Shown in pieces: positions 8,018 to 16,827 of a DNA stretch of 32,000 nucleotides. The position numbers and the translations under genes were made by a program. Numbering within the stretch: the first letter of the stretch is position 1; each line of letters starts with the position of its first letter. The stretch comes from Elusimicrobia bacterium RIFCSPLOWO2_01_FULL_59_12 (GTDB lineage: Bacteria > Elusimicrobiota > Elusimicrobia > 2-01-FULL-59-12), in contig MGUR01000014.1 in assembly GCA_001800075.1 (NCBI GenBank), positions 18,986 through 50,985 on the forward strand. Reading direction: 5' to 3'. Under the pieces are notes generated by a model. It saw only the letters and a program-made list of their open reading frames with translations, did not search any database and was not told where the DNA came from.

Positions 8018-8827
8018 ATGATTCTCTTAGCCATTGACGTCGGCAATACGCAAATCACCCTGGGCGCTTTCCTCGGCAAAGCCCTGAAGCGCACCTGGCG
8101 GCTCCCCACCAATCCCCGAGCGACTTCCAAAGAACTGGGAACACAACTCGTTCAACTTCTCAAGAAAGCCTCACCCACCGCCTTCGGCGGTCCCCCCTCT
8201 CCTGGTAGGGGAGGGGGGGGGGGGGAGGTTCTTGGTGTGATCATTGCGAGTGTAGTCCCCCCTATCGACGCGGCTTTAGCCGAGGCGTGCACGCGGTATC
8301 TTCATTGCGCTCCTTTTATGATCGGTCCCCAGACCCAGCTAGGCATCAAAAATCTTTATAAAAATCCCCGCGAAGTCGGCGCTGATCGGCTGGTCAACGC
8401 CGTGGCGGTGGATGCCTTGTTCGGAGGACCGGCGATCGTGGTGGATTTTGGAACGGCTACCACCTTCGACTGCGTCAGTTCTCTGGGAGATTATCTCGGC
8501 GGCGTGATCGCCCCCGGCCTCGAGATTGCGCATGACGCGCTCGCCGCGCGGGCGGCCAAGCTGTCGCGGGTCCCCTTCGAAGTTCCCCGCCGCGTCCTGG
8601 GGAAAACCACAAAAGAAAGCTTGCAAAGCGGGCTCTTCTTCGGTTATATAGCGCTAGTTGAGGGCGTGCTGCAACGCTTGATGAAGGAAATGCGTGTCCG
8701 GCCCAAAATCATCGCTACCGGGGGCCTTTCACGGATCATCGGTCCGCGCCTGAAGCCGGCGGCACGCGTGATGCCCACCTTGACGTTGGAGGGGCTGCGC
8801 ATCGTTTGGGAACGGAGCAACACATAA
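8018..8827 (+). CDS. coaX: type III pantothenate kinase
   Basis: LAIDVGNT, GADR, VVDFGTATT and IATGG motifs of CoaX. The protein contains an extra Gly/Pro-rich segment encoded by a G13 tract (see findings). Confidence 0.9.
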   Translation: MILLAIDVGNTQITLGAFLGKALKRTWRLPTNPRATSKELGTQLVQLLKKASPTAFGGPPSPGRGGGGGEVLGVIIASVVPPIDAALAEACTRYLHCAPFMIGPQTQLGIKNLYKNPREVGADRLVNAVAVDALFGGPAIVVDFGTATTFDCVSSLGDYLGGVIAPGLEIAHDALAARAAKLSRVPFEVPRRVLGKTTKESLQSGLFFGYIALVEGVLQRLMKEMRVRPKIIATGGLSRIIGPRLKPAARVMPTLTLEGLRIVWERSNT

Positions 8828-8843
8828 CAAGGGGGATTTTGTC

Positions 8844-9815
8844 ATGAATAAACGTCAAATCTTAGGCGTCATCTGCGGGCTTAGTCTTTTTGGAAGTTCT
8901 GTGCAGGCAGCGCCACCGACCGACATCAACGATGCGATTGATAAGATCCAGGGCGATTCCGTCCTTCTGAGCAGATGGTTGAGTAACGAGTTTGCACGTG
9001 CCATCCCGTTCAATTCCACCTCAGGGAATGTGGTGCCTTCCCAGTTCAAGCTTTTCGGAATTGGCGTCGGTGTCAGCGCGGTCGTGAGCGGCACCAAGAT
9101 GGATGTGGACGCGCTGCACGCGCTGGGGACTGACGTGATCGACACGGCCCAGATCGACACCTTCAGCCGCCTGCCGATTCCGATGATTTTGGGCCATGCC
9201 AAGCTCGGCCTGCCGTTCGGGTTGGACGCGGGCGTGCGCGTCGGCGGCATCCCTTCGACGGATTCCGACGAGGGTGACACTCACGTGGAGGTCTCAAACA
9301 CGGTCGTGGGTCTGGATGTGAGGAAAAAACTAATTGAGGAAGGCGCCGTAAAGCCCTTCGGCCTGACGGTAGGCCTCAATTACACGCGAGCCAGAGGCCA
9401 CATCAGCGCGACCACGCCCTACAGACCCACGGGGTCATCCGACGTGACATTTAGCGCGGACTCGGTCGGAACAGCACGGTCGGATTGGGACACCCAAAGC
9501 CTTGGCGTGCAGGCGATCCTGAATAAGAAAATTCTGATCCTGAACCCGTATATCGGCGCTTCGGTGAATAAGAACTTCGGGGATGTCGACACGACCATCA
9601 CCAACACCGGGACGGTCACGTACACCCCTACACCGGCTACGCTGCCGTTCGCAACGGCCGGCAGTGCCTCCGAAAAAGCGGACAATGTGGATGTGCGCGG
9701 ATTGTTGGGGGTGGAGCTCGGATTCCTTCCCTTCACCAAACTGACGATTCAGGGTGAGCTGGCCAATCAGAATAAGCTGGCAGGATCTATTGGACTTCGA
9801 GTACAATTCCGTTAA
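8844..9815 (+). CDS. secreted, probably outer-membrane beta-barrel protein, function unknown
   Basis: Sec signal peptide MNKRQILGVICGLSLFGSSVQA|AP. Alternating amphipathic beta-like segments run to the aromatic C-terminal end (...GLRVQFR). SD AGGGGGA lies upstream. Confidence 0.6.
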   Translation: MNKRQILGVICGLSLFGSSVQAAPPTDINDAIDKIQGDSVLLSRWLSNEFARAIPFNSTSGNVVPSQFKLFGIGVGVSAVVSGTKMDVDALHALGTDVIDTAQIDTFSRLPIPMILGHAKLGLPFGLDAGVRVGGIPSTDSDEGDTHVEVSNTVVGLDVRKKLIEEGAVKPFGLTVGLNYTRARGHISATTPYRPTGSSDVTFSADSVGTARSDWDTQSLGVQAILNKKILILNPYIGASVNKNFGDVDTTITNTGTVTYTPTPATLPFATAGSASEKADNVDVRGLLGVELGFLPFTKLTIQGELANQNKLAGSIGLRVQFR

Positions 9816-9840
9816 GCCGTAAGCGCCTTTTCAACCGAAA

Positions 9841-9869
9841 AGCCCGCGGGCAACCGCGGGCTTTTTATT
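9841..9869 (+). terminator. rho-independent terminator
   Basis: AGCCCGCGG-gcaa-CCGCGGGCT followed by TTTTTATT, 25 nt after the stop of the 8844-9815 gene. Confidence 0.8.
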
Positions 9870-9880
9870 GAGCGTGACAA

Positions 9881-11707
9881 ATGTCTGAACTCCGAAGACC
9901 CGACATCCGCAATATCGCGATCATCGCGCACGTCGACCATGGCAAAACGACCCTGGTGGACGCTCTTTTACGGCAGACCGGTGAATTCAAGGTGAAAGCC
10001 GATCAAGCCCAGGAGGCCGTTCTCGACTCCAATCCTCTGGAGCGGGAGCGCGGGATCACGATTCTGGCCAAATGCACCTCCGTCCCTTATAACGGCGTCA
10101 CCATCAACATCGTGGACACCCCGGGCCACGCCGACTTCGGCAGCGAGGTGGAACGCATTCTGAAGATGGTGGATGGCGTGTTGCTGCTGGTGGATGCCTG
10201 CGACGGGCCGATGCCGCAGACCCGGTTTGTGCTGAAGAAGTCCTTGGAGTTGGGACTCTGTCCCATCGTCGTGGTGAATAAGATCGATATGGCCAACGCC
10301 ACCCCCCATGTCGCGCTCGATAAGACCTTTGAGCTCTTTATGTCGCTGGGAGCCACCGATCCCCAACTGGATTTTCCGATCCTCTATGCGTCCGGACGGG
10401 AAGGGTGGGCCACCCTCGACGCGAAGGGGCCCGCCAAGGATATGAAGGATTTGTTCGAAGAAATCGTCAAGCACGTTCCAGGGCCTCTGGTGCATGAAGA
10501 TAAGCCCCTGCAGATGCTGGTGACGATGCTGGACTACAACGACTTTGTCGGCCGGATCGGGATCGGGCGGATATTCAGCGGTAAAATCCAAAAAGGGCAA
10601 TCCGCGGTGCTGGTGCGCACCGACGGCAGCACGGAAAATTTCAAAGTCACCCAGCTGCAGGGCTTTTTCGGCCTGGGCCGCCGTGATGTGGAATCCGCCC
10701 GCGCGGGCGATGTGGTCGCGATCGCCGGATGCGCGGAGGTGAGCGTGGGACAGACCTTCGCCTCCCCGGAAAATCCGGCAGCGCTCCCGCCTCTGGAGAT
10801 CGACGAGCCGACCATCTCCATGGACATCCTGGTGAATGACAGCCCCTTTGCCGGTCAGGATGGAAATTTCCTGACGACCCGGCAGCTTCGGGAACGGTTG
10901 GAGCGCGAGAAGGAAACCAACGTCGGCATGCGGATTGAGGAAGTCGGAACGACCGGTGTGTTTAAAATCTCCGGCCGGGGAGAGCTTCATTTGTCGATTT
11001 TAATTGAAACGATGCGGCGCGAAGGGTTTGAAATGGCGGTGTCCCGTCCGGAAGTGATCTATAAGGAGGAAGGGGGACAGGTCCTGGAACCCGCCGAATA
11101 TCTCATTGTGGATATTCAAAAAGAGCACCAGGGGACTGTCTTGGAATCCCTGGGACGGCGCGGGGCAGAGCTGAAAAACATGGTCGTGGAGGGGGACGAA
11201 CGCCTTCGGCTCGAGTATGTCATCACCGCTCGCGCCTTGATCGGTTTTAAAAATGAGTTGCTGACACGCACCCGGGGCCTCGGGATCATGCACCACAGTT
11301 TTCACGCTTACATACCCAAAAAGGACACGGTCCTGTCCCGTCAGAACGGCGTGATGATCGCCAAGGAGGCGGGCCAGACCACCGGCTATGCTCTGGAGAA
11401 CCTTCAGGAGCGCGGGACGCTTTTTGTGGGGGATGGGGTTCCCGTGTACGCCGGGATGATCATCGGAGAACACTCCCGCGAGACGGATACCATCATGAAC
11501 CCCTGCAAGAAAAAACAGCTTTCAAACATGCGCGCGTCCGGAAGCGACGACGCCATCATGCTGACCCCTCCCCGGATCCTCTCTCTCGAACAGGCCATCG
11601 AATTCATCGCCTCGGACGAGCTGGTTGAAGTGACCCCCAAGAACATCCGGCTGCGCAAAAAGTCCCTCTCCGCGCGCGCCGGAAAACGTCAGGAAGAAAA
11701 CGACTGA
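9881..11707 (+). CDS. typA: translational GTPase TypA/BipA
   Basis: [27 protein letters not shown] and NKID G-motifs. The length (608 aa) and EF-G-like C-terminal domains are typical of BipA. Confidence 0.93.
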   Translation: MSELRRPDIRNIAIIAHVDHGKTTLVDALLRQTGEFKVKADQAQEAVLDSNPLERERGITILAKCTSVPYNGVTINIVDTPGHADFGSEVERILKMVDGVLLLVDACDGPMPQTRFVLKKSLELGLCPIVVVNKIDMANATPHVALDKTFELFMSLGATDPQLDFPILYASGREGWATLDAKGPAKDMKDLFEEIVKHVPGPLVHEDKPLQMLVTMLDYNDFVGRIGIGRIFSGKIQKGQSAVLVRTDGSTENFKVTQLQGFFGLGRRDVESARAGDVVAIAGCAEVSVGQTFASPENPAALPPLEIDEPTISMDILVNDSPFAGQDGNFLTTRQLRERLEREKETNVGMRIEEVGTTGVFKISGRGELHLSILIETMRREGFEMAVSRPEVIYKEEGGQVLEPAEYLIVDIQKEHQGTVLESLGRRGAELKNMVVEGDERLRLEYVITARALIGFKNELLTRTRGLGIMHHSFHAYIPKKDTVLSRQNGVMIAKEAGQTTGYALENLQERGTLFVGDGVPVYAGMIIGEHSRETDTIMNPCKKKQLSNMRASGSDDAIMLTPPRILSLEQAIEFIASDELVEVTPKNIRLRKKSLSARAGKRQEEND

Positions 11708-11718
11708 TATCTCATTCT

Positions 11719-11780
11719 GTCATCCCCGTGGAAGCGGGCCCGCCGGGCAGTGTGGCTGGGCCCGCTTCCGCGGGAATGAC
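11719..11780. repeat. family-A related element, single long-hairpin form
   Basis: GTCATCCCCGTGGAAGCGGGCCC-(16 nt loop)-GGGCCCGCTTCCGCGGGAATGAC. The stem is 23 bp with one mismatch and one G.U pair. It shares the GTCATCCCCG...CGGGAATGAC termini with the other copies and sits just after the typA stop. Confidence 0.65.
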
Positions 11781-11936
11781 AAAGTAAGAGTCCCTCCTCG
11801 TCATCTCGCCATATCTTTACAAACATACATACTAAATCGGATTCATATTTAGATATGAATATAGCGCATACCGCTTTGTACAGATATTCCTTGCGGCCTC
11901 TGGATTACGGTGATAGTGGAATAGTGGAATTAAGCA

Positions 11937-12344
11937 ATGTTAAGAAACCCGCTATTCAAGCTGCTTCTTTTCGGCGCGTTGAGCCTTTGTCTGGGAGGGG
12001 GCTCTGCGCGCGCTTCCTGCGGGGACAATAAGCTCGCGTGCGGGGCCGACGAAAAGTGCTGTGAACACCGCGTCGCCACCTTTTGCGAGGGCGATGCCTG
12101 CTCCTCAGTCCATGCGGAGGGCGAATGTATCCCGAAAGGCCAAAACTGTGGAGAATTCTGGTGCGGCAACCGCCAGTGCCAAACCAGTTGGCTGTTGACG
12201 AAGGATGTCTGCTGTATTTACTATCCCGGGGGCAACATCCCGGAGTATGCCTGCGCTTCGTCTGAACTCAGCTGTCGCGGCAACACCAGCTACCTGACCA
12301 TCCGGCCCACCCTCGCCTCCAGCGAACTTCAGCGCGACCATTAA
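11937..12344 (+). CDS. small secreted cysteine-rich protein, function unknown
   Basis: Signal peptide MLRNPLFKLLLFGALSLCLGGGSARA|S followed by about 108 aa with 14 Cys, including two CC pairs. The gene is preceded by an unusually AT-rich intergenic region. I recognise no family. Confidence 0.6.
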   Translation: MLRNPLFKLLLFGALSLCLGGGSARASCGDNKLACGADEKCCEHRVATFCEGDACSSVHAEGECIPKGQNCGEFWCGNRQCQTSWLLTKDVCCIYYPGGNIPEYACASSELSCRGNTSYLTIRPTLASSELQRDH

Positions 12345-12354
12345 ACCTGCAAAA

Positions 12355-12395
12355 GTGCCATAGTGCCATAGGTGCCCGGCACGGGTGTCCCAGGG
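12355..12395. repeat. family-D element: tandem GTGCCATA x2 followed by AGGTGCCCGGCACGGGTGTCCCAGGG
   Basis: Read directly. The 26-nt right part recurs in inverted orientation at 31669-31694 (rc = AGGTGCCCGGCACGTGTGTCCCAGCG). Confidence 0.55.
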
Positions 12396-12484
12396 CCCAA
12401 ACGTAGTGCGTTATTTTGGATCCCTTCTTTTTTCTTCCACGCATATTCGATAGAATCACCACGGTGCAACATAAGTATCTCCGG

Positions 12485-12766
12485 ATGATTCAACGGATGA
12501 AATCCAAGGGCAAACGGGACTGGTCGATTTATGTCCTGCGCTGCGGGGACGGTTCACTGTATACCGGTATTGCAAAAGATGTGACCGCGCGCCTAGCGCA
12601 GCACACAGCCGGCCGGGGAGCCGCTTACACCCGCACCCACTTGCCCGTCGAGTTGGTCTATCAGGAAACTCGGTTTACCCGCTCAAAGGCCCTCATCCGT
12701 GAAGCCCAACTGAAGCGCCTCCCGCGACCACGCAAAGAACGATTGATCGCACCAAGCCGCTCTTGA
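12485..12766 (+). CDS. GIY-YIG nuclease-family small protein (UPF0213/YhbQ-like)
   Basis: WSIYVLRCGDGSLYTGIAKDVTARLAQH...GAAYTR...LVY.E.F..R..A..RE..LK is the GIY-YIG pattern (here IYV...LYTG). The start is ATG 12485 or 12497; the ORF-track start at 12416 adds an implausible leader. Confidence 0.75.
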   Translation: MIQRMKSKGKRDWSIYVLRCGDGSLYTGIAKDVTARLAQHTAGRGAAYTRTHLPVELVYQETRFTRSKALIREAQLKRLPRPRKERLIAPSRS

Positions 12767-14016
12767 ACCCTCCTCAAAAACGATCCTTCTGGGCCTTGAT
12801 GGTTACGCAGTTCCTCGGGGCGTTCAACGATAACGTTTATAAAACCCTGGTCACCCTCTTGATCCTGCAGTGGGTCGTCGATTCGAGCCGGGCGAAGCAG
12901 CTGGTCGATCTTTCCGGCGCCATTTTCGTCGCACCCTTCCTGCTCTTCTCCATGGCGGCGGGGCGAATCGCCGATCGGACCGGGAAACCCCAAGTGATCG
13001 TGGCCACAAAGTATTGGGAACTGGTCGTCGTCGCAGCCGCCACGTTGAGCCTGTGGTCTCGAAGCATTCCCTTCATGATCACGACGCTCTTTTTGCTGTC
13101 GATGCAGGCGGCGTTCTTCAGCCCGGCCAAATACGGCATTCTGCCGGAATTGATGGGGCCCGACGAACTGTCCCAGGGTAACGGCTGGATCAACATGCTG
13201 ACATTTTTGGCGATTATCTTCGGGACCATGACGGGAGCTTTCTTATCCGGTTCTCTGGTGACCGCTTGCGCTCTGATGGTTTGCGCCAGCGGGGTGGGGG
13301 TCCTGTCGAGTTATTTCATCCTGCCCCTCCCGGCCGCCAAACCGGGAGAGCCGCTGGCCTTCAACCCCCTACGCGAGTTTATCGCCAACTGGCGGCTGAT
13401 GCGCCAGGACCCTTCCCTCCGTCTGGGGGGGATCGCAGTGAATTACTTCTGGTTCATGGGGGCCGTGCTTCAGCTGAATATTTTCGTGTATGCCAAAGAA
13501 ATGATGAATGCAACGGATCAGACATCCGGTATCCTCCTAGTCGCTGTATTAATCGGCATTGGATCGGGAAGTTTTCTCGCCGGGAAGTTATCCGGGAAGC
13601 AGGTGGAATTGGGATTCGTTCCTTGGGGCGCACTGGGCATGAGCGTCTTTGCCATTGATCTGCTGTGGGCCTATCAATCGATGCCTCGCTTGTTATTCGA
13701 CCTCTTCATGCTGGGGTTCAGCGCGGGATTTTATGACATCCCGCTGATGGCGCTTCTGCAATGGCGGAGTCCACCCAGCGATCGCGGCCGCGTCATGGCG
13801 ACGATTAATTTCTTTTCTTTTATCGCGATCCTCGTTGCCAGTGCAGCTCTCTGGGTGATGCACGGGCCGCTGCATCTGAACGCCGCCCAAGTCTTTTGTG
13901 TTCTCGGCGTGCTGTCCCTGGCCGGCATCATGCTGCTCTGCGCGGTCTTTCCCGAGGCCCGCCAGCGCGCCACGGCCCTCCTCCGGAACCTTAAGCCGTC
14001 ATCCCCGCTGTCGTAA
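12763..14016 (+). CDS. MFS transporter, LplT (lysophospholipid transporter)-like
   Basis: About 12 TM segments. The N-terminus FWALMVTQFLGAFNDNVYK resembles the LplT / Aas-MFS N-terminus (...AQFLSAFGDN...). The TTG start overlaps the upstream stop (TTGA). The last 6 codons and the stop lie inside a family-A repeat. Confidence 0.8.
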   Translation: MNPPQKRSFWALMVTQFLGAFNDNVYKTLVTLLILQWVVDSSRAKQLVDLSGAIFVAPFLLFSMAAGRIADRTGKPQVIVATKYWELVVVAAATLSLWSRSIPFMITTLFLLSMQAAFFSPAKYGILPELMGPDELSQGNGWINMLTFLAIIFGTMTGAFLSGSLVTACALMVCASGVGVLSSYFILPLPAAKPGEPLAFNPLREFIANWRLMRQDPSLRLGGIAVNYFWFMGAVLQLNIFVYAKEMMNATDQTSGILLVAVLIGIGSGSFLAGKLSGKQVELGFVPWGALGMSVFAIDLLWAYQSMPRLLFDLFMLGFSAGFYDIPLMALLQWRSPPSDRGRVMATINFFSFIAILVASAALWVMHGPLHLNAAQVFCVLGVLSLAGIMLLCAVFPEARQRATALLRNLKPSSPLS

Positions 14017-14027
14017 GCGGGAATGAC
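13998..14027. repeat. family-A element, minimal single-hairpin form
   Basis: GTCATCCCCGCtgtcgtaaGCGGGAATGAC. The loop sequence (t/g)gtcgtaa is the same as in copy 3431. The TAA in the loop is the MFS stop codon. Confidence 0.65.
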
Positions 14028-14037
14028 GACTTAGGTG

Positions 14038-14066
14038 TTGACCATCTGAAATTCTCCTGTTAGACA
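14038..14066 (+). promoter_or_regulatory. candidate sigma70-type promoter TTGACC-N17-TAGACA
   Basis: The hexamers and the 17-nt spacer were counted directly. The -10 element ends 7 nt before ATG 14074 and there is no SD, so the mRNA may be leaderless. Confidence 0.4.
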
Positions 14067-14073
14067 CATAGCG

Positions 14074-15291
14074 ATGTCTAGACAGACGTATGCATCGTCG
14101 GGGCACGCCTACGTGATCCTCGGCGCCGGCAAGCAGGGCGTCGCGGCGGCGTATGATGTGATTCAGCATGGCCAGGCCGCGCGGGTCACATTGGCCGACA
14201 ATTCGCTTCCCTTTGCCTGCGCCGCAATCAAGAAGCTGAAGCGGATTGCAGCCGCGCCTATTCAGAAGCATCAAATCACGTTAATGGCCGTGTCCGTGGA
14301 CGCCCGTAAAGAATCCGATTTGCGCCGCGTCATCGGAGGACACGATGCGGCGTTGAGCGCGCTGCCTTACTACCTCAACCCGGCGGTCGCCCGCGCGGCG
14401 GTTGCGGAAAAAGTGCACTATTGCGATCTGGGCGGCTATTTCGAGGCGACCCGGGAGATCATGAAGCTCCACGCGAGCGCCCGCAGGGCGGGCGTGACGC
14501 TGGTCCCGGACTGCGGCGTGGCTCCCGGGATGTGCAACAGTTTGGCGGTCAGCGGCATGGAACACATGACCCGGGTCCGCGACGTGCGCATTTATTGCGG
14601 CGGTCTTCCGCTGAAACCCCGCCCGCCCCTGGATTACAAAGTCGTTTTCAATTTGGAGGGGGTTCTCGGGAACTATTTCGGGAAATCCTATGTCCTTCGC
14701 AACGGGAAGGTTCAGCGGGTGCCGTCGTTCTCGGGGCGTGAAGAGATTTCGTTCGGCCGGTTCGGGACACTGGAAGCGGTCACCACCGGCGGGGCAACGT
14801 CCACCTGCCCCTGGACCTTCCGTAAGACGCTCCGCAATTATGACTACAAGACGTTGCGGTACCCCGGCCACTATGACAAAATCCAGTTCTTGAAGGATTT
14901 GGGCCTGCTCGAAACGTCTCACGTGCGCGTGAATGGCTACCGGATCGTTCCCCGGGAGGTGTTTGTGGCGGTGATCGGCCCGCGGCTGGCATTTCCCAGG
15001 GATCGCGATTTGTTGATCCAGCGCGTCGTTGTGTATGGCGAGTTGAAGGGGAAAAAAACGGAAGTGACGTATGATGTTCTCGATACCGGCGACGCCCGGA
15101 CCGGGTTCACCGCGATGCAGCGCACGACAGGCTTTTCGGCGGCGATTATTTTGGAGATGCTGGCCCAGGGCCATATTCTTCAGAAGGGATTTGTCCCCGT
15201 GGAAAAAGCGGTTCCCGGGTACGTGTTTCTCAAAGAGATTCGGAAGCGGGGAATTGATGTGAAGGAAAGGATCCGCATAGAGCAAAAATGA
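14074..15291 (+). CDS. saccharopine dehydrogenase-family NAD(P) oxidoreductase (candidate lysine 6-dehydrogenase)
   Basis: N-terminal Rossmann motif VILGAGKQGVAAAYD. The size of about 400 aa and the C-terminal Sacchrp_dh_C-like region (YPGHYDK, GFTAMQRTTG) fit the family. Substrate specificity is inferred from gene context only. Confidence 0.75.
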   Translation: MSRQTYASSGHAYVILGAGKQGVAAAYDVIQHGQAARVTLADNSLPFACAAIKKLKRIAAAPIQKHQITLMAVSVDARKESDLRRVIGGHDAALSALPYYLNPAVARAAVAEKVHYCDLGGYFEATREIMKLHASARRAGVTLVPDCGVAPGMCNSLAVSGMEHMTRVRDVRIYCGGLPLKPRPPLDYKVVFNLEGVLGNYFGKSYVLRNGKVQRVPSFSGREEISFGRFGTLEAVTTGGATSTCPWTFRKTLRNYDYKTLRYPGHYDKIQFLKDLGLLETSHVRVNGYRIVPREVFVAVIGPRLAFPRDRDLLIQRVVVYGELKGKKTEVTYDVLDTGDARTGFTAMQRTTGFSAAIILEMLAQGHILQKGFVPVEKAVPGYVFLKEIRKRGIDVKERIRIEQK

Positions 15292-16814
15292 AGAAATCGC
15301 TTTTGCAGTCCAGCAGACCCAAACTCCACAGCCATTTTATCAACGGCCGCTGGGGCCAGACGGCCCCCAACGGCAAATCCTTTGAAAACCGGGACCCCGC
15401 CAACGGCCAGCTGTTGAGCGTCTATCCCGAAGCCACCCGGCGGGACGTGGAGGACGCGGTGGCGGCGGCGCGCAAAGCCTTTGGAATGTGGCGTCAAGTT
15501 CCGGTCGCCAAACGCGGGGAGATCCTGCTCAAGGCCATGCGGTTCTTGGAGGAACGCAAAGAACCTTACGCGCATGCGATGACGCGCGAAATGGGCAAAG
15601 TCCTTTCCGAGACGCGCGGCGACGTCCAGGAGGCGGTGGACACCGCGTTTTATTATGCCGGCGAAGGCCGGCGGCTCTTCGGCCAGACGACCCCCTCCGA
15701 GCTGACAGACAAATTCGCCATGTCGGTGCGCGCGCCGGTCGGCGTCTGCGCGCTGATCACCCCTTGGAATTTCCCCATGGCGATTCCTTCCTGGAAAATA
15801 TTGCCGGCTCTGCTTTGCGGGAACACGGTCATTCTTAAGCCCTCCTCGTTTACCCCGGATTCCGCCCGCCATTTGGCGGAGGCGCTGCAAGAAGCCGGCG
15901 TGCCCGATGGGGTGATGAATCTGCTTTACGGCAGCGGGGCGGCGGTGGGGATCTGGCTGACGGAGCATCCCGGGATCGACCTGGTGTCTTTTACCGGGTC
16001 CTCGTTGACAGGGTCCAAAGTCGGAGAGACGTGCGGCCGGATATTCAAGAAATGCAGTCTGGAGATGGGAGGCAAGAACGCCCAGATCGTCATGGACGAC
16101 GCCGATCTTTCGCTGGCGCTGGAAGGGGCCCTTTGGGGCGCGTTCGGAACCACCGGCCAGCGCTGCACCGCGACCAGCCGCCTGATTGTCCACGAAAGGG
16201 TCTTCAAGGAATTTTCCGAACACCTGGTGGCCCGGGCGGAGTCGCTTCGCGTGGGGAATGGCCTGGACCCGAAGGTCCAGATGGGCCCGCTCATCAATGA
16301 CGCGCAGCGCGCCAAAGTTCACCAGTATGTTCAGGTTGGCAAAAACAAGGACGGCGCCACGCTTTTGACCGGGGGTCAGATCCTCTGCAAGGGGGACTTT
16401 GAGAACGGATTTTTCTACGCGCCGACGATTTTCCACGGCGATACGGGCATGACCATCGCGCAGGAGGAGATATTCGGCCCGGTGACGGTTCTGATCAGGG
16501 TGAAATCCTTCGACGAAGCGATTCAGGTGCTCAATGACAGCGTCTACGGCCTTTCGGGGTCCATTTACACCCAGGACGTTAACCGGGTGATGCGCGCGAT
16601 CCGCGATATGCAGACCGGGATCACCTACGTCAACGCGCCGACGATCGGGGCGGAGGTCCACCTTCCCTTCGGAGGCGTGAAGCGTACCGGAAACGGCCAC
16701 CGCGAAGCGGGCGCGCAGGCGCTCGATATTTTTTCGGAATGGAAAGCCGTCTACATCGATTATTCGGGCAAACTGCAGAGGGCCCAGATCGACACGCATG
16801 GGTCCGAGGCGTAA
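15288..16814 (+). CDS. NAD(P)-dependent aldehyde dehydrogenase
   Basis: ALDH motifs ITPWNFP, FTGS, catalytic LEMGGKN (Glu) and GQRCTA (Cys), and EEIFGPV. The start overlaps the upstream stop (ATGA). Confidence 0.9.
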   Translation: MKKSLLQSSRPKLHSHFINGRWGQTAPNGKSFENRDPANGQLLSVYPEATRRDVEDAVAAARKAFGMWRQVPVAKRGEILLKAMRFLEERKEPYAHAMTREMGKVLSETRGDVQEAVDTAFYYAGEGRRLFGQTTPSELTDKFAMSVRAPVGVCALITPWNFPMAIPSWKILPALLCGNTVILKPSSFTPDSARHLAEALQEAGVPDGVMNLLYGSGAAVGIWLTEHPGIDLVSFTGSSLTGSKVGETCGRIFKKCSLEMGGKNAQIVMDDADLSLALEGALWGAFGTTGQRCTATSRLIVHERVFKEFSEHLVARAESLRVGNGLDPKVQMGPLINDAQRAKVHQYVQVGKNKDGATLLTGGQILCKGDFENGFFYAPTIFHGDTGMTIAQEEIFGPVTVLIRVKSFDEAIQVLNDSVYGLSGSIYTQDVNRVMRAIRDMQTGITYVNAPTIGAEVHLPFGGVKRTGNGHREAGAQALDIFSEWKAVYIDYSGKLQRAQIDTHGSEA

Positions 16815-16827
16815 GAAGGAGACCGCC

